From: an uncultured Acidobacteriota bacterium
Lineage (GTDB): Bacteria > Acidobacteriota > UBA6911
Direction of reading: 5' to 3'
Assembly: GCA_963809485.1 (NCBI GenBank)
Contig: CAWEJX010000020.1
Span: forward strand, 480,001 to 544,000
Length of the DNA: 64,000 nt
A program made the position numbers and the translations under genes. This document shows, piece after piece, positions 31,761 to 42,105 of this stretch. How positions within the stretch are numbered: position 1 is the first letter of the stretch; each line of letters begins with the position of its first letter. A model generated the notes under the pieces. That model worked only from the letters and a program-made list of their open reading frames with translations, made no database searches and was not told where the DNA came from.

Positions 31761-33044
31761 TTATCCGATTTTTTGCTTCTGCGTCGACTGATCCGGGACC
31801 GCGGCATAACCATGGGCTAACCTCTGGACCTTGCCTTCAGAACACAGTTGTCTTAAGGCTTCAACGACACGTTGATTGCGCACTTGCAGTTTTGCCCGAA
31901 GAGCCTCAACCGTGCAGGGCTCCGTAGCATTGTTGAGCAGCAGCATGATGCGGGAAATCAGTGGATCCGCTGCCGCAGCGGCTTCAGGATCAACTGGCGG
32001 TGCCATCTTCAGCTGAACGCCGACTTCCGGGTCGGAAGCGAGTTCCAGTTGCAGAGGGCCGAGCGGGGGAGCTGAACGATGCTCGGCGGACAGAGTGAGT
32101 TGATCCCGATGTTTTCTGAGATACAAAAAAGAGTCCAGCCACGCGTAAAGATCACTCGATCCGCGAAGACTGTAACCGGCTCCGGTACTGGAGGAAACCT
32201 GTTTTCTGACATGGTGGACCAGGCAGATCGCAGTACCGCACTTGCGCTGCAGTGCTCTCAGGTAGCCAAGCAAGGCGGCGATATCTCCGCTGGCATTTTC
32301 ATCGGCCATGTGGATTCTGATCAGCGGGTCCAGGATCAGAAGCGCCGGCCGGTGAAGGATGACGGTGGCCTCGAGCCTGACCTGATCGTCGGAACGATCC
32401 AGGCGGAGGGAGTTGGTGACGATCACGCGCACGTCGAGCTGGCCAAAATCCAGTCCGCGCAGACTCGTGATTGTTTGGAGGCGGCGCCGGAGCGTAGCGG
32501 CGGATTCCTCCGCCGCATACAGCAGAACGGGGCCAGGGGTGTGCACCGAGAAGGTTCCCAGACACGGAGAGGCGGATGCGACGGAGACAGCCATATCCAA
32601 GGCCAATGTAGTCTTGCCTGATTTGGGCTGACCGCCGATGACCCCCACGGCCTCTGCGGTCCAAAGCCCTTCAACGAGCCACGGCTGTCGATTGCTGGAG
32701 GCCTCAAGCGCAGCCGCTTTGACCACCGGCAGCACCGGATCCGAATCGGGTCGTTCATCGGAATCTGGGTTATGCGGGGAGGTTGGGACGGAGACCTCGA
32801 ACGGCAGCAGAGTGCCGGCAGCTTGGTGGATTGCCTCGTTGAGAATGGCAGAATAGTTTTCCAGCAGGGATTGCTTGAACGCTTCACTGGGCACAGTTAG
32901 ATGCACTCTGTTTCCGTCACAGCTGACAAACAGGATGGGCGGGAACCAGGTCTCGAAGCACTGCGGCCCGACATGGTTTTGTACATGAGCCAGGACTCGA
33001 TCCCAGAAGTCTGAGGCGCATGGGTATTGGGGTTGGTCGCTCAT
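31761..33044 (-). CDS. RecA-like AAA ATPase (AAA_25) with N-terminal DnaA_N-like domain
   Basis: WDRVL..VQ..VGPQCFETWF..I, VPSEAF; GQPKSGKT, LLILDP, VHH, RGSS. Confidence 0.8.
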   Translation of the reverse strand: MSDQPQYPCASDFWDRVLAHVQNHVGPQCFETWFPPILFVSCDGNRVHLTVPSEAFKQSLLENYSAILNEAIHQAAGTLLPFEVSVPTSPHNPDSDERPDSDPVLPVVKAAALEASSNRQPWLVEGLWTAEAVGVIGGQPKSGKTTLALDMAVSVASASPCLGTFSVHTPGPVLLYAAEESAATLRRRLQTITSLRGLDFGQLDVRVIVTNSLRLDRSDDQVRLEATVILHRPALLILDPLIRIHMADENASGDIAALLGYLRALQRKCGTAICLVHHVRKQVSSSTGAGYSLRGSSDLYAWLDSFLYLRKHRDQLTLSAEHRSAPPLGPLQLELASDPEVGVQLKMAPPVDPEAAAAADPLISRIMLLLNNATEPCTVEALRAKLQVRNQRVVEALRQLCSEGKVQRLAHGYAAVPDQSTQKQKIG

Positions 33045-33856
33045 AACAGTGCGTCCCCGCAGGCCTGAATGTCTTTCTGCACTACAGTCGCATCCACGAT
33101 GTTGGACTTGCCTTTGAGGGCAATGTTCAGGCACTGCTCACCGAGAATATCAAGACGGCGCATGAGCCCTCGGGCCGCCTTGGCCATCAGCAAAAGCGCA
33201 TCGTCACTGAAGACCTCGCGGCGGCAACCGGCGTTATTCATACGGTGACGGACGTAAAGCTTCGCCTGTTCGGCATCCAGAGGAGGAACCTGGATTCGAA
33301 TAGGAATGCGCGCAATCAGCGAAGCCAGAATGTTACGCTTGAGCATATCGCGCAAATCCGGCAGCCCCATCAGGATCAGTGATAGCCACGGTTTACTGTC
33401 CCGACAAAAATTGCCCAGGATATGAAGGTGCTCCAGTACCTGAATGCTCAACAGGTGGGCCTCGTCCAACGCGATTACAACATGCAGCCGGTGCTGGCTT
33501 GCCAGTTCCTGGATATGCTGACTGACGCCATGGTAGAGCGCAGCGAAGCTGGAGTGTGGCTCAAGCCCCAGCGCCACCGAGAGCTGCCGGTAAAAATCGC
33601 GACGGTTTACGGCAGAGTTCGATAAATAGTGAACACGATAGCGTCCTTGAGACAGATCTTCTTCCAACGCGCGCCATACACAGGTTTTGCCGCAGCCCGA
33701 ATCCCCCGTCATGACGGCGGAGGTTTGTCCTTCAACGGCCGCTTTCAGTGCCAGCAAAGCCTCTTTCAGGTGAGGCATCTGCAACATCTCGGAGGGATGG
33801 ATGTCCTTGCTGAACGGGGGACGAACCAATCCATCGCAGGAAAGAAGCTTATTCAT
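33041..33856 (-). CDS. ExeA-like AAA ATPase (transposition helper)
   Basis: [32 protein letters not shown]. Confidence 0.8.
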   Translation of the reverse strand: MNKLLSCDGLVRPPFSKDIHPSEMLQMPHLKEALLALKAAVEGQTSAVMTGDSGCGKTCVWRALEEDLSQGRYRVHYLSNSAVNRRDFYRQLSVALGLEPHSSFAALYHGVSQHIQELASQHRLHVVIALDEAHLLSIQVLEHLHILGNFCRDSKPWLSLILMGLPDLRDMLKRNILASLIARIPIRIQVPPLDAEQAKLYVRHRMNNAGCRREVFSDDALLLMAKAARGLMRRLDILGEQCLNIALKGKSNIVDATVVQKDIQACGDALL

Positions 33857-35120
33857 GGTCGTCGCCTCCTTCCGGGGTTTCTTCATCAGCTGCCTCGCCG
33901 GTGGGCGCCTGAGTGGGATCGGGGTGAATCATTTTTTCGAGGATCAAATCGGGAGCGTTAAGGCCGGTGTTGGGTTTTTCCTCGGGCTCAGGTTTCGAAA
34001 CGTTCCTGTGTCGATGGGCGTTGCCGACCGGATCGACGATGCGCAAAGGGATCTCGACATGGGCATCCAGCAGGCTGACCCGGTTCGTATCGAGTAAAGA
34101 GTACCGGAGTCGCACCTTGGTGCCGCACAGGTAGGGTGGCACTTCGTAACAGGTTGCCCGCCATTGCACGGTGGAGTCGTTGCGTGCCAGCCGCTCGACT
34201 TCGCCATAAAAGGCCTGTTCGAACTGGCTGTAGTCCGTGATCCAGCGGATATCGGCGGCATCGCTCTCCCAGACCTCGAGTGGAGTCTTGCCGGAAAGGG
34301 ATGCGTGAGGGCGACCGTGGTATTCCGATTCGACGTAACTCCAGATTCGCAGGTTCAGTTCATCGAGCGTTGTGACTGTTTTGGTGTCCAGGCGATCGAC
34401 CACGTGAGCCCGGAGTGTCCTCCAAAATCTTTCAGTTTTTCCTTTTTGATTGCCTGCGCGTACCTGGCAGGGGCGGGCGGCAAAATGATAATGGGCGCTC
34501 AGTTCCAGTAGTCTGGGATGAAAATGGATAGCGTCCCCATGCCCTTCCAGCACGACACTGCGAAGATTGTCGTAGAGCAGGACCCTGGGAATCCCATGCC
34601 AGTCTTCGAAGGCATGGATATGACCGCGTAGAAAACTCTCCATGCGCTGGTCGAAGAAGAACTCGAGATACAGCACCCGGGAATAGGAAAGCGTGATTAC
34701 AAAACAGGAAAGCCGACGGCGGGCGCGGCCAACAGGGACTTCCCCAAAATGCGCCCAGTCCACTTGTCCTTGCTCTGCAGGGAAAGTGCTCAGGCGAAGA
34801 AACGCTTCCCTGGGAGTTGGACGTATCCGGGCAATAAATCGCCGCAATTGCACGACGCTGCCATTGAAGCCGCGGTCCCGGATCATCTGATAAATCCGGG
34901 TTGCCCGTAAATGCGGATGTTTGGTCAGTATTTCTCGAATGAAGTCGGCATAGGGATCTGCCGCATTCCGTGGCGTTTTGGTCCCATTAAACCGATCGGT
35001 TTCCACAGCAGCGTTGACTGTTTCAGGATGCAGCCCCAATTCACGTGTAATGGTTCCGATTTTCCAGTGTTCTGCATAAAACAGGTGGCGAATCTGTGCG
35101 CGCGTTTCCTGGTCGATCAC
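33849..35120 (-). mobile_element. DDE transposase with IS21/IstA-like N-terminus and Mu-like C-terminus
   Basis: EQGQVDW, LSYSR, LYDNLRS (IstA-like), then [25 protein letters not shown]. Confidence 0.75.
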
Positions 35121-35125
35121 TTAGA

Positions 35126-35548
35126 TCACCTCCGTAGCTGAAAAGGATTCACAAACCGGCCCGGCCGACCGCAGATAATGCAGCAAGGAACTCCAGGCTC
35201 GATCTTTTTGCCGCTATTTCCGGTGAAAGCTGCCAGATGGAATACCGGCGCGATGATGCTGCCAGCATTCAGAGGCTTCCGGGAACCTTGATCCATAACG
35301 GAAAGTGCGGCACGACGTCGGCGGTAGGCTCGCTGCCGGTCTCGTTGATCCAGCTTGCCTTCCTGAGTTTTTCTGTGGCGGAGGTTCGCAGCTCGACGCT
35401 GCTCTCGGCGGGCTTTAGTGCGGCAATGCTCGCTGCAATATTGCTGGCCATGATCACAGCGGCGGCAGATCCAGAAGATGGCGTTACATTCTTTCCAGCG
35501 GCAAAACCTTTGACGGAGAACAACTTCGGCATCGTGTCGCATTCTCAC
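35126..35548 (-). CDS. Cys-rich hypothetical protein upstream of the transposase
   Basis: C..C..F.IC..CDHGQQYCS..CR; directly upstream of and co-oriented with the transposase. Confidence 0.6.
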   Translation of the reverse strand: MRMRHDAEVVLRQRFCRWKECNAIFWICRRCDHGQQYCSEHCRTKARREQRRAANLRHRKTQEGKLDQRDRQRAYRRRRAALSVMDQGSRKPLNAGSIIAPVFHLAAFTGNSGKKIEPGVPCCIICGRPGRFVNPFQLRR

Positions 35549-35789
35549 CTGAAGGCGAGACTGGACAATCCATGCCGATCATGTCAGCTTAATGATGGCT
35601 GTTTAGAGCCCTCTCAACCGAGAGGTATTGCCAATGGACCCCGGTCGCGGACACGATCGGGGTCTCCTCTTGCTCAACCTTCCGCAAAACTTTACACGAT
35701 GATGATGACGGATTGCACGCCTTCGGCGTGGATGAAGTTGAGGCGTTTATTCCGGCGGGTGTTCAAATAAATACGTTTTTAGATGATCG

Positions 35790-36201
35790 ATGACACAAGG
35801 CGGCGCCCGATGATGTCCATTTCATCTTGATCGATACAAAACTTGTACAATTTGGCCCTTATGTAATGATGCCCCACCTGATCACTCCTGTTATAATTGA
35901 TTTGGTAGATGCCGCGACGGCACTCGCCTGGGTTGTGAACGAAATGGAGGCCCGATACAAAAGGCTTGCTCTTTGGGGAGTAAGAAGTGTCGACCAATAT
36001 AATGCCTTGGTTGGCAGTAACGCATTCAGCATGCTCGAAAAAGAATACGTGAGTGAGTTGAAAACAGCTCTTCCCCACCTGGTTATTGTGGTTTCTGAAC
36101 TGGCAGATCTTTGGGTCGGCTCAACTGCGTGCCGCAAATCGTTGACTCGCCTTGTCGATAGAGCTCATACCGTAGGAATTCACATTGCGGTCCCTGTTTG
36201 A
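35790..36201 (+). pseudogene. FtsK/SpoIIIE ATPase internal fragment, degenerate
   Basis: FILIDTK, PHLITPV, ALAWVVNEMEARY, LPHLVIVVSELADL, GIH. Confidence 0.75.
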
Positions 36202-36309
36202 AAAAAGTGGCTGGTTTCGACTTATCAGCCTATAAGATAAGTTGGATCGCAGGTCAAATATGGCATCAATAATATGAAACCGCATTGGGAATTTAAGGAG
36301 GAGACGATA

Positions 36310-37998
36310 ATGAAAAAAATTTTGTCAATTGCGGCCATGGGGGTTTTTGCCTTCGTGGCCATTTACCTTATTTCGAAGGCTTTTTTTGCCAAGGATGCCT
36401 CGGAATATCAATATGAAGTCCTAAGTCCGTGGGCGGAAGTGGATCCCATTACCATCAGGGGAATTTCACCGAGAGTCGATACTCTGGCCGGCAAGAAGAT
36501 CGGATTGTTCGTCAACATGAAGCGCGCCGCAAGACCGATACAGGCCTATGTAGAAAAGAAACTCAAGGAAAGGTTTCCCGATTGTCAAACCAGCTATTTT
36601 GACGCTCCCTCGCAGAAGTATCTAGCGGAAAACCAGGAAAAGTATGCTGCCTGGGCAAAAGAAATGGACGCCGTTATTACGGCGGTTGGCGATTGAGGGG
36701 GCTGCACAAAGTACCTCACCTACAACAGTGTGGAGATTGAGGACTTTGGAACACCGGTCGTGCAACTGGTGAATCGCGGTTTCGTAGACGACGCCAAATC
36801 TGCGGCGTCCAGTAAGAGCATGCCAAATATTAGAGTTCTGGGAGAACCGATTGCATGTGAATCGACTGTTGCCAAGGACATCGAGTCGGGCATTGACATG
36901 GTATTTGATGATATTGTAGCGGCCTTGACTAGGCCTCTGACGGAGCAAGAAAAATCTCCGCAGATGAAGACCGAAGATGCACCAAGAATTGCGTTTAAGG
37001 GCAATCTGACGGAAGTGAATCAATTTTTCTACCGCAAAGGCTGGGGAGACGGACTGCCGATTATTCCGCCATCCGATGAAGCCGTGGCCGAGATGATGAA
37101 GGGAACGGATCTTCCGGCACACCACGTTGTGGCTAAAATCATCCCGCGGATGGGCAAGGCTACCGTGGAGAAGATTGCGGTGAACGCCGTCATGGCGGGA
37201 GCTCTGCCTACTCATATGCCGGTGCTGATCGCGGCGGTGGAGGCTGTGTGCGATCAGAATGCCGGATTCGGTAACTTTGAGGTGAGCACAGGATCATGGG
37301 CTCCTTTCATGGTCGTCAACGGCCCCATAAGAAAGGATATCCACATCAATTTCGGTTCCGGCGCTCTCAGTCCGGGGAATCTGCCCAACTCAGCAATAGG
37401 AAGGGCCTTGGGGCTGATCGTCAAGAATATCGGCGGAGCCAGGAAGGGTATCGAAGATATGGGAACGCTGGGGAATCCGGGCAAATGGTCGATGGTTATC
37501 GCCGAGAACGAGGAAGACAGCCCATGGGAACCCTTGCACGTCGAACGGGGATTCAAAAAGGAAGACAGCGCCATAACCATGTTTTTCCCGAACCAGCACG
37601 TCTATTCTGTACCGGGCGGCACGGATGCAAAAGGGATACTCGATTCGATTGCCCGCTCGAGTCCACGCTTTATGAGTGCCCTAATGATAATCCCATCCCA
37701 GGCAGACATTCTGGCGAGCGAAGGATGGACCAAGTCGAAGGTAAAGGAATATGTGACGAAACCCGGGGAGGCAGGTTCCGCTAAGTCCCGGGGTAATGCC
37801 GCTGCCCCTAATACTCCCCGAGACGCCTTAATGATCGTGGTCGCGGGCGGTCCCGGATCTTGGTATGGTGTGTTCAAGGGTTTCAGGGGCGGGCATATGG
37901 GCTATGATTACATCAGCAAAAAAATCGTGCTGCCGAAAAACTGGAATGAGTTGGCTGCAAAGTACAAAAACCTTATTCCTACCTATGAGAGGTATTAA
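36310..37998 (+). CDS. UGSC-family selenoprotein, membrane-anchored or secreted; Sec at UGA 36694-36696 (U-G-G-C)
   Basis: ORFs 36274-36696 and 36730-37998 share a frame; AVGD-U-GGCT; long hairpin 36707-36748; WGDGLPIIPP. Confidence 0.85.
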
Positions 37999-38008
37999 AC
38001 TACTCTAA

Positions 38009-38049
38009 CCGCGGATTTACATGGGTTGTCAATCCGTGTAGATCCGCGG
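38009..38049 (+). terminator. hairpin (terminator or REP-like) after the UGSC gene
   Basis: CCGCGGATTTACATGG / CCGTGTAGATCCGCGG. Confidence 0.5.
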
Positions 38050-39236
38050 GTCCTTCCGCCACCTACTGTTGTTACGCTGCCATTTTCTGTTCTCTGACTC
38101 TACTTAAAACTGCCTTTACGTAAATAAAAATGATCACAAAAGGAATTCGCCGCTGATCAGCCACGAATACCTCCCTGAAGCTGAGTCGTTTAGAAAGCAA
38201 TCCCGCCTGCATCGCCGGTGTCCTGATCTCGGGTCCGAATTTCAGCGCCCTGTGAGGCCTGACGAAATTGTAATGGCAGCGAAACAACTCGAGATGATCT
38301 TGGAGACGTTCCTTCCATCGTGCCTGACATATCGTCCGCCGACAAAGATACGCCGAGCCCTGTCGGATCGTCAGATTCAGCCGTTCGATAAAGGATGTGC
38401 TCAGCTTCAAGGAATCCTCGGAGTCGCGCAATGCCTGTTCGAATCGCCAGGCAGCGCCGATCACGGCTCTTCGCTCAACCTTGATAACACGATCGTTTCT
38501 GCGGGTCTTAATGACCTGGCCGTACAGACACGCTGGTCCAAAGACACGGCGGATACCTTTCGCATAAAAAGCCAATCCGTCCGTGGCAATTAGAGGAACA
38601 CATTCCAGATTCGATCGACTGGAGATATCTCGAAAGAGGGTGAGTGTGTTTCTATAGCTTCGCCTTCCAACAACGGTTGAAGGCCAAAGACGAGACCAGA
38701 CCTCAATCGCAGCAAAGATCCAAATCGGCTGTTCCTTGTCACGGATGATCGTGCGAATCTCATCTGCCTGAAGCTCTGAGATGGCGATCCCATCTATCTT
38801 TTGATCGTTGAAGCGGCGGCAAGAGTACGCCGCCTTTTGCAGCCAGCGATCGACCGTATTCCAGGCGATTCGCTTTGCCCGTGCAATTGCAGATTTGTTC
38901 AGGCCCTCAACACTCAGGACAGCAACTTCGTCAAAGGTCGCTCGACGATGCTGAAGTCGATGGTAGGGCGTGCCGGAATTGGAGCAGAAGGTTTTGCCGC
39001 AAGTGCCGCAACGATATCGACGACGACGCCCCCACTTAGTTTTGTAGAATCCGTGGCGGATGATGTTTCCGAAAGCGGCTTTTCCCGCCAGTGGACATTC
39101 CCTGTTTGGGCAGCTGAGACTCTTCATTGGTTTTGAACCGTGTCAATGATGGAACTGATTGCATGGAATTGAGTCTCAAACTATATCATGTGTGGGAGTT
39201 ACGGTCGCGCTGCCAACAGTCGACGGCAGAAGCACC
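38049..39236 (-). mobile_element. complete IS1-family element; transposase at 38072-39127
   Basis: Zn ribbon + HTH + QADE, TDG, IERLN; 23-bp IRs matching at 18/23 positions; no target duplication seen. Confidence 0.85.
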
Positions 39237-39246
39237 TTATTTTCTG

Positions 39247-39294
39247 TGGTGAGCCGTGAAGGAATCGAACCTTCAACCTACTGATTAAGAGTCA
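39247..39294 (-). other. tRNA-Lys 3' copy (att site)
   Basis: 48-bp exact match to 57967-58014, 240 bp upstream of the integrase start. Confidence 0.92.
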
Positions 39295-39533
39295 ATACGG
39301 CAAGCCTTTTTCTGGTCAGATTTGGAACTAAAAGAAAAACATAATTCCTACCAAAACTCCGCATAAAATGCTTGCAAACTGCATGGATACTGGGTTCTAA
39401 TCGGGGCATTATGTTTCGCATCGTTTTTGCCGATTGTTCCTTCGAGTTTCATCTTTTTGGAACCAAGTTGGAACCAATTTTTTGGGGTTCCAAGATTTAG
39501 GAACGGAACAGCTGGTTCTGGCGGAGTAAATCT

Positions 39534-40811
39534 ATGCCGACTGCCAATCTGACTGATCGAAAAATTGACAGCTTGAAGCCTGGAAAAGAAATCGTTGAGT
39601 GGTGGGATAAGAAGATCCCGGGCTTCGGGATCCGCGTTTCTCCAAAGGGCAAGAAAACGTGGTTTGTGATGTATCGGTTTGCCGGATTAAGGAGACGCCT
39701 GAGATGTGGCCGATATCCGGCCGTTTCTCTCGATAAAGCCCGGCAGAAGGCAAAGCAGGCACTCCTGGATGTGAACGACGGGAAGGATCCGGCACAGGAA
39801 AAGAAAAACCAGGAAGCCCTCATAAAACGCGAGAGCCTGGAAGCTAAGACTTTTGCTCAATTGGCAAAGCTTTACATTGACGATTATGCCAAGGTGAACA
39901 AGCGCAGCTGGAAAGAAGACGACCGCATCGTCGATAAGCTGCTGAATCCGGAATTCGGCACAATCAATGTGAAGGAGATTACCAGGTCTCACGTTCGTTC
40001 ATTCCTGAAGGAAATGGCGGCAAAGACCAAAGTGCAGGCAAACCGGGCACACGCCTGTCTTCGAAAAATCTTCAATTGGGCGATCAAGGAAGAAACAGTG
40101 AACATGGAAGGAAATCCGGCTTCCGGGATCTCAAGCCCTGGTGGTAGGGAAAAGCCGAAGGAGCGGAGTCTTACCGATGATGAGATCAAAGCTGTTTGGA
40201 AAAAACTGGAAGCGGATTCGACCCCGCCCAAACGAGCCCTTCAGTTAATACTCATGACAGGTCAGAGGCCGGGGGAGGTCGCGGGCCTGCAATGGGAAGA
40301 GCTCAATATGGCCGATTCACTGTGGATGCTTCCAGGCAGCAGGGCGAAGAACGGTTTGGCGAATGTCGTGCCGTTAAGCAATCAATCTATGCGAATCCTC
40401 GAAAAGCAGCGCGAAGCCCTGGAATCACAGAGTAGGAAGCGTGAGAAAAGAAAACAGGAGGCAAGACAGACTGCGTTCGTTTTCCCATGCCGGCATCTCG
40501 CGACTGACAAGCCCATGACGGTCTACGCAATCGACCAGGAGGCTCAGATTATTTCTCGGGAACTGGGCATCCCGGGATTTGCTCCTCACGATCTTCGTCG
40601 AACCTGCTCAACGAAACTGGGAGAAATGCTGATCCCCGGCCATCTGATCGATCGTATTATGAATCACAAACCAGCCGGCATCACAGACCGCGTCTACAAC
40701 AAGTACGATTATTTTAAAGAGAAGCGGGAAGCGTTGAACGCATTTGGCGCCCGTCTTCTGCGCATCGTCAGCGAATTGGAAATAGTGGGAACTGAAACGG
40801 CAAAAAGATAA
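39534..40811 (+). CDS. tyrosine recombinase/integrase (P4-like, with arm-binding domain)
   Basis: WD..IPGFGIRVSPKGKKTW; GQRPGE, HDLRRT, MNH, Y. Confidence 0.93.
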   Translation: MPTANLTDRKIDSLKPGKEIVEWWDKKIPGFGIRVSPKGKKTWFVMYRFAGLRRRLRCGRYPAVSLDKARQKAKQALLDVNDGKDPAQEKKNQEALIKRESLEAKTFAQLAKLYIDDYAKVNKRSWKEDDRIVDKLLNPEFGTINVKEITRSHVRSFLKEMAAKTKVQANRAHACLRKIFNWAIKEETVNMEGNPASGISSPGGREKPKERSLTDDEIKAVWKKLEADSTPPKRALQLILMTGQRPGEVAGLQWEELNMADSLWMLPGSRAKNGLANVVPLSNQSMRILEKQREALESQSRKREKRKQEARQTAFVFPCRHLATDKPMTVYAIDQEAQIISRELGIPGFAPHDLRRTCSTKLGEMLIPGHLIDRIMNHKPAGITDRVYNKYDYFKEKREALNAFGARLLRIVSELEIVGTETAKR

Positions 40812-40880
40812 GGCAAGGGCTCGATTAAGCCTGCTAAAATGTTGGTCACGTTGGGCTGAAACTAAGAAAGCCAGGTTACC

Positions 40881-41135
40881 TTGAATCCACGCAAACTACT
40901 TCAAAAGGCGCTGTCCTCTCCTGCGAACCTCCGATTTGAGGAAATCTGTGCCCTTGCAGTTGCTTTCGGATTTCACCTGTCCAGAGTAGGCGGAAGCCAT
41001 CATATCTATGCTCGTCCAGATATCCGTGAGCTCTTGAATCTTCAGGAAGTTGCCGGAAAAGCCAAGCCTTACCAGGTTAAACAGTTGCTAGGTTTGGCCG
41101 AACGATATAATCTGTCTATAGGTGAGAAAGAATGA
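40881..41135 (+). CDS. hicA: HicA-family toxin
   Basis: GGSHHIY, LNLQ, GKAKPYQVKQ. Confidence 0.85.
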   Translation: MNPRKLLQKALSSPANLRFEEICALAVAFGFHLSRVGGSHHIYARPDIRELLNLQEVAGKAKPYQVKQLLGLAERYNLSIGEKE

Positions 41136-41362
41136 AAGATTACCATATCAACATTTTCTTCAGCGCAGAGGACGAGGGTTACATTGCGGACATTCCTGAT
41201 CTTCCCCACTGTGCTGCTTTTGGGAAAACGCAGGAACAGGCTCTGGCCGAAGTACTGAAAGCGAAAGCCGCCTGGCTGGAAGCCGCTCGCGCCGAGAACA
41301 AGCCGATCCCTGAGCCCTCATTCCGGCCGGTCATATACCAAACATCGAAAATTCCTGCATAA
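41132..41362 (+). CDS. hicB: HicB-family antitoxin
   Basis: EDEGYIADIPDLPHCAAFGKT.EQAL, PIPEP. Confidence 0.85.
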   Translation: MKDYHINIFFSAEDEGYIADIPDLPHCAAFGKTQEQALAEVLKAKAAWLEAARAENKPIPEPSFRPVIYQTSKIPA

Positions 41363-42105
41363 AGCGCTCTTCATAGTCATTAGGCCTGAACGGCCGCAGA
41401 TTTTTGTTATTTCCCAGATCGTCGTCTGGGGAGACACGGTCACTTATCCGGATTGCCACAAACCAGGCAAGTGAAAAGTTCAATATTTAAGGGGATCTAC
41501 AAAGTCGGCATTAAATCACAGTTTCTCGTATTTTGAATTCTGCATCCTGAAAACTCGCCACCAAGCTTGCAGCCGGAGAATGGGGCTACCACGAGGGAGC
41601 GGTCGGCGAAACCGGAAAAATCATAGGGCGCTTCTATTGGGGAGGACCGCAGCAGCAAACGAAAGGGGCACGCCACCTGGCAACGGGCGTTTCCGGGGCA
41701 GGAAATCGGTTTGGGCTGGATGAGACGGACTGAAAGAGATCCGGCTATCCTCTGGCTTAATGGAGGGACGTGGGGCCATGCCGCTTTCGCCGAATTTGAC
41801 CCGTCAGCGAAAACTCTTACTCTACCTATCGGCCAAAGTTGATTTGGCAGAAGCAGTCATATGGATTGTCCTTGGCACGATTTTGGGAATGGAAGAATTA
41901 AGCTGTCTCCCAAATCGGTTGCGTAATTTGGCAAAAAAAAGAATTTGCATCCAATCGTTTGGACACTGCTTGGAAGATATCTCGCTTCTATGATTTCATT
42001 ACATTTTGGTGTCCCCATTTTAGGTTCGCTTGATTACAATATCGAATCAGCAACTTTGAGTAATTCTATTGCGCAGATTCTGGTGATTTTGTGGAACAGG
42101 AAGAA

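Noticed and set aside
31761-33044. Chromosomal dnaA/oriC
   Set aside because: Only a domain I-like N-terminus fused to a RecA-like ATPase; no dnaN or DnaA-box cluster seen
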